DNA of 64,000 nucleotides from an uncultured Acidobacteriota bacterium (GTDB lineage Bacteria; Acidobacteriota; Thermoanaerobaculia; UBA5066): NCBI GenBank assembly GCA_937888435.1, contig CALAQS010000351.1, positions 1,942 to 65,941 of the forward strand, read 5' to 3'. Shown piece by piece: positions 61,714 to 64,000 of this stretch (position 1 is its first letter; each line of letters starts with the position of its first letter). The notes under the pieces were generated by a model. It saw only the letters and a program-made list of their open reading frames with translations, ran no database searches and was not told where the DNA came from. The position numbers and the translations under genes were made by a program.

Positions 61714-63080
61714 AGAAAAGCCGGCCTGTCCTCTGGGCCGAGGGGATGTTCCTTCGGCCGCATCACCTGCAGGCGGCGGAGCGATTCCGGGAAGAGGCGC
61801 TCCACGACGAGGTGCGGCGCATCCAGCCCTTCTTCTGGGGCGTCACGCGGATGGAGGTCGCGGCGGATCAGCTGGAGAACCACGTCTTCGAGCTGCGAGA
61901 CATCGAGGCGAAGCTGAAGGACGGCTCCGTCCTCTCCGCTGGCTCGAACCTCCGGATCTTCCCGCGCCCCTTCAAGGCCGAGCTCGAACAGGCGGGAGGG
62001 CGGATGGACGTCTTTCTCGGAGTTCCGGTGCTCCGCGAGGACGCGCCGAACACGTTCTTTCCCGGCGAGGACAGGAGAGGCCAGGACCGCCGCCTGACCG
62101 CCGAGGTCCTCGAGGTGCCCGACGAGAACACCGGGGCGAACCGCCAGCCCGTCGAGACACGCCTCGTGAACGGGCGCCTCTTCTTCGGGAACGAGAACCG
62201 GGACGGCTACGAGTGCGTGCCTCTCGCCATCGTGGAGCGGTCGGGTCAGGGAAAGAACTTCCCCGTCCTTTCGAAGGACTTCATTCCACCGGTGACGGAG
62301 ATCGGGGCGTCCGAGACGCTCCAAACACTCTGCGAGTCGGTCACGAACCGGCTCGAGGCCAAGCATCGGCTCGTCCTGACCGAGGTGGCCTCGGGACGCC
62401 TGGCCATCGAGTCGGAAGGGACGTCGGGCTGGCAGACGCTGATGAAGCTGAAGATCCTCGGCAGCTTCGTCTACATTCTCCAGCAGCTCACGCGGATCCC
62501 GCGCGTGCATCCGTTCCCGATCTACTGCGAGTTCGCGCGCCTTCTCGGAGATCTCGCCATCTTCGACGAGGGGCGCCGGCCCCTGAAGGTGCCGCTCTAC
62601 GACCACGACCGTCTCGGCCCCTGTTTCTTCGACCTCTGCCACAACATCGAGCTGCTCACGGAGAAAGTCGTCGCCTCGCGCTTCACGCGGGTCGAGTTCG
62701 TCCTCAAGGACGACCTTCTCGTTGCGGACCTGCAGCCCGAATGGTTCACGAGCGAGGCGGAGTTCTTCCTCTCGGTGGAGACGGATCTGCCCGAGCGCGA
62801 TCTGAAGGAGCGGCTCAACACGATGAAGGTCGGCGCCGTGCACGACATTCCGCTGCTCCGGCAGCGGCGCCTCTTCGGCCTCGACCTCGAGATGCTCAAG
62901 CGCATCCCTTCGGGGCTTCCCGCCGGGGACGACCACTACTACTTCACCATCGAGAAGGAAGGAATCTACTGGGCCAACGTCGTGAAGGATCACGTGATGG
63001 CCGTCTCGGGAATGCTCGACCCGAAGCTGAAGTTCTTCCTGTACGTCGTCTCCAAGCCGCTGAGCGCGACCCGTGGATAG
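61710..63080 (+). CDS. tssK: Type VI secretion baseplate subunit TssK
   Basis: The GTG at 61710 forms a GTGA overlap with the tssJ stop. The N-terminus PVLWAEGMFLRPHHLQAAERF is the hallmark TssK (ImpJ/VasE) start. Length is 456 aa. Confidence 0.85.
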   Translation: MKKSRPVLWAEGMFLRPHHLQAAERFREEALHDEVRRIQPFFWGVTRMEVAADQLENHVFELRDIEAKLKDGSVLSAGSNLRIFPRPFKAELEQAGGRMDVFLGVPVLREDAPNTFFPGEDRRGQDRRLTAEVLEVPDENTGANRQPVETRLVNGRLFFGNENRDGYECVPLAIVERSGQGKNFPVLSKDFIPPVTEIGASETLQTLCESVTNRLEAKHRLVLTEVASGRLAIESEGTSGWQTLMKLKILGSFVYILQQLTRIPRVHPFPIYCEFARLLGDLAIFDEGRRPLKVPLYDHDRLGPCFFDLCHNIELLTEKVVASRFTRVEFVLKDDLLVADLQPEWFTSEAEFFLSVETDLPERDLKERLNTMKVGAVHDIPLLRQRRLFGLDLEMLKRIPSGLPAGDDHYYFTIEKEGIYWANVVKDHVMAVSGMLDPKLKFFLYVVSKPLSATRG

Positions 63081-63756
63081 CAACAGCACGACCGACCTGT
63101 TCCGGGTCTGCTCCCGCCTCTTCCTGTTCCTCAGCTCGTTCCGGCAGAAGGTCCGCCGCGGCGTCCGGCTCGAGCCCGACGCCGTTGCCGCCGATCTCGA
63201 GGAGATCTTCGACGAGCAGGCGCGCGCCGCCCGGAGCGACCCGCGGCTCGACGCGCTCTACGAGAAGGCGCGGTACCCGCTCGTCGTCCTCGCGGACGAG
63301 ATCCTCCTCCATTCCGGCTGGGACCACAGCGCCGAGTGGGAGCAGCACCTCTTCGAGGAGAAGTACTTCAAGACGAACATCGGCGGCGACCAGTTCTTCT
63401 CGATCGCCAAGGACCTCCGTCCCGACGACGTGGAGCTCGCGGCGATCGTCTTCACCGGGCTGGCGCTCGGTTTCCGCGGCAAGTACCGCGAGCGCCCCGA
63501 GAAAGCCGTCGAGATCAAGAACCGCGTGTACCGCCTCCTGGCGGAATACCTCGCGGACGTGGGCGAGAAGATTACTCCCGAGGCGTATCACGTCACGGCG
63601 GCGCCGGCGCGCAAACTTTCTCCCGCGGTCACCCTCGCGCGCGTGGCGATCGTCGGCGTGGGCATCCTCTTTCTCTACTACGCGATCACGTGGCTCATGT
63701 GGGCCCGCTCGGTCGACGAGCTCCGGACCGTGGTGCAGGCGATGGGGCTGATGTAG
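63073..63756 (+). CDS. tssL: Type VI secretion membrane subunit TssL (DotU family)
   Basis: 227 aa. The DotU pattern is ARYPLVVLADEILL...W....L....F....GGDQFF, then AIVFTGLALGFRGKY and a single C-terminal TM (VAIVGVGILFLYYAITWL). It overlaps the tssK end by 8 nt. Confidence 0.85.
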   Translation: MDSNSTTDLFRVCSRLFLFLSSFRQKVRRGVRLEPDAVAADLEEIFDEQARAARSDPRLDALYEKARYPLVVLADEILLHSGWDHSAEWEQHLFEEKYFKTNIGGDQFFSIAKDLRPDDVELAAIVFTGLALGFRGKYRERPEKAVEIKNRVYRLLAEYLADVGEKITPEAYHVTAAPARKLSPAVTLARVAIVGVGILFLYYAITWLMWARSVDELRTVVQAMGLM

Positions 63757-63759
63757 ACG

Positions 63760-64000
63760 CCATGCAAGAGTTCCTCTCGCTGCTCCGGGGGCTTCCGCGG
63801 CCGCTCAGGTACCTCGGCGCCGCCCTCCTCTTTCTCCCCCTCGGCTACTTCCTCATCCGCCTTCTCGGGCTCGAGAAATACTGGTGGCTCTTCCTGCTCG
63901 GACTGCTCGTCGTCCTGGCCGCGGTCCTCCTCTTCGAGCACCTGCGCAAGGGCCGTGAGAAGCAGAAGGGCAAGGCGTTCGAGGGCGAGCTCCGGAAGGA
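63760..64000 (+). CDS. tssM: Type VI secretion membrane subunit TssM (IcmF family), N-terminal fragment; continues beyond the window
   Basis: Not in the ORF track because there is no stop in the window. The ATG at 63760 lies 3 nt after the tssL stop. The translation is MQEFLSLLRGLPRPLRYLGAALLFLPLGYFLIRLLGLEKYWWLFLLGLLVVLAAVLLFEHLRKGREKQKGK, giving two N-terminal TM helices as in TssM. The call rests mainly on position and topology. Confidence 0.6.

Noticed and set aside
63678-63941. 87-aa minus-strand ORF at the right edge
   Set aside because: It is a glutamate/proline-rich shadow of the plus-strand frame. That frame starts 3 nt after tssL and encodes two clean TM helices consistent with the TssM N-terminus.

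Overview
Visibly very GC-rich chromosomal DNA (third codon positions are nearly all G/C; exact GC not computed). It comes from a diderm bacterium, judged from the lipoproteins, the outer-membrane efflux factor and TssJ. The phylum cannot be assigned from sequence alone. About 55 tightly packed protein genes sit in long co-directional operons. Many neighbouring genes share 4-nt NTGA stop/start overlaps. I found no rRNA, tRNA, CRISPR array, transposase or prophage. The many R/G/A/P-rich ORFs in the track are out-of-frame or antisense shadows of the real genes.

Gene content, left to right:
- thrC (partial) and a MOP-type molybdo-aldehyde oxidoreductase.
- An RNB exoribonuclease and a decayed ppdK remnant.
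- An ECF sigma/TPR pair.
- A short, less GC-rich island with a repeat-containing mini-ORF, then an orphan protein and an AurF-like diiron oxygenase.
- A CRTAC1/ASPIC protein, then dienelactone hydrolase plus a molybdopterin oxidoreductase.
- vapBC and an acyl-CoA dehydrogenase.
- A dnaK-hspR-sigma-dnaC-like-membrane operon.
- A DUF4388/TPR/DUF1844 cluster and mazG.
- An AlkP-envC-ctp-yibQ operon.
- PP2C phosphatase plus an EamA transporter.
- sthA, a nitronate monooxygenase and a lipoprotein.
- A TetR-USP-RND efflux operon.
- An RsbW/STAS/polyprenyl synthase operon.
- A MerR-DGC(PilZ)-HK-RR-EAL-CPBP c-di-GMP operon.

At the 3' end is the start of a type VI secretion locus (tagH-like, tssJ, tssK, tssL, tssM, which runs off the window). 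The most interesting candidate for something undescribed is the module just upstream of tssJKLM. It holds two FHA proteins flanking a 714-aa cytoplasmic protein that has a kinase fold but degenerate catalytic residues. That protein also carries a Cys-rich insert and a possible PilZ-like insert. The TagH homologue carries a Clp-N-like double repeat. This module lies directly next to the c-di-GMP operon.
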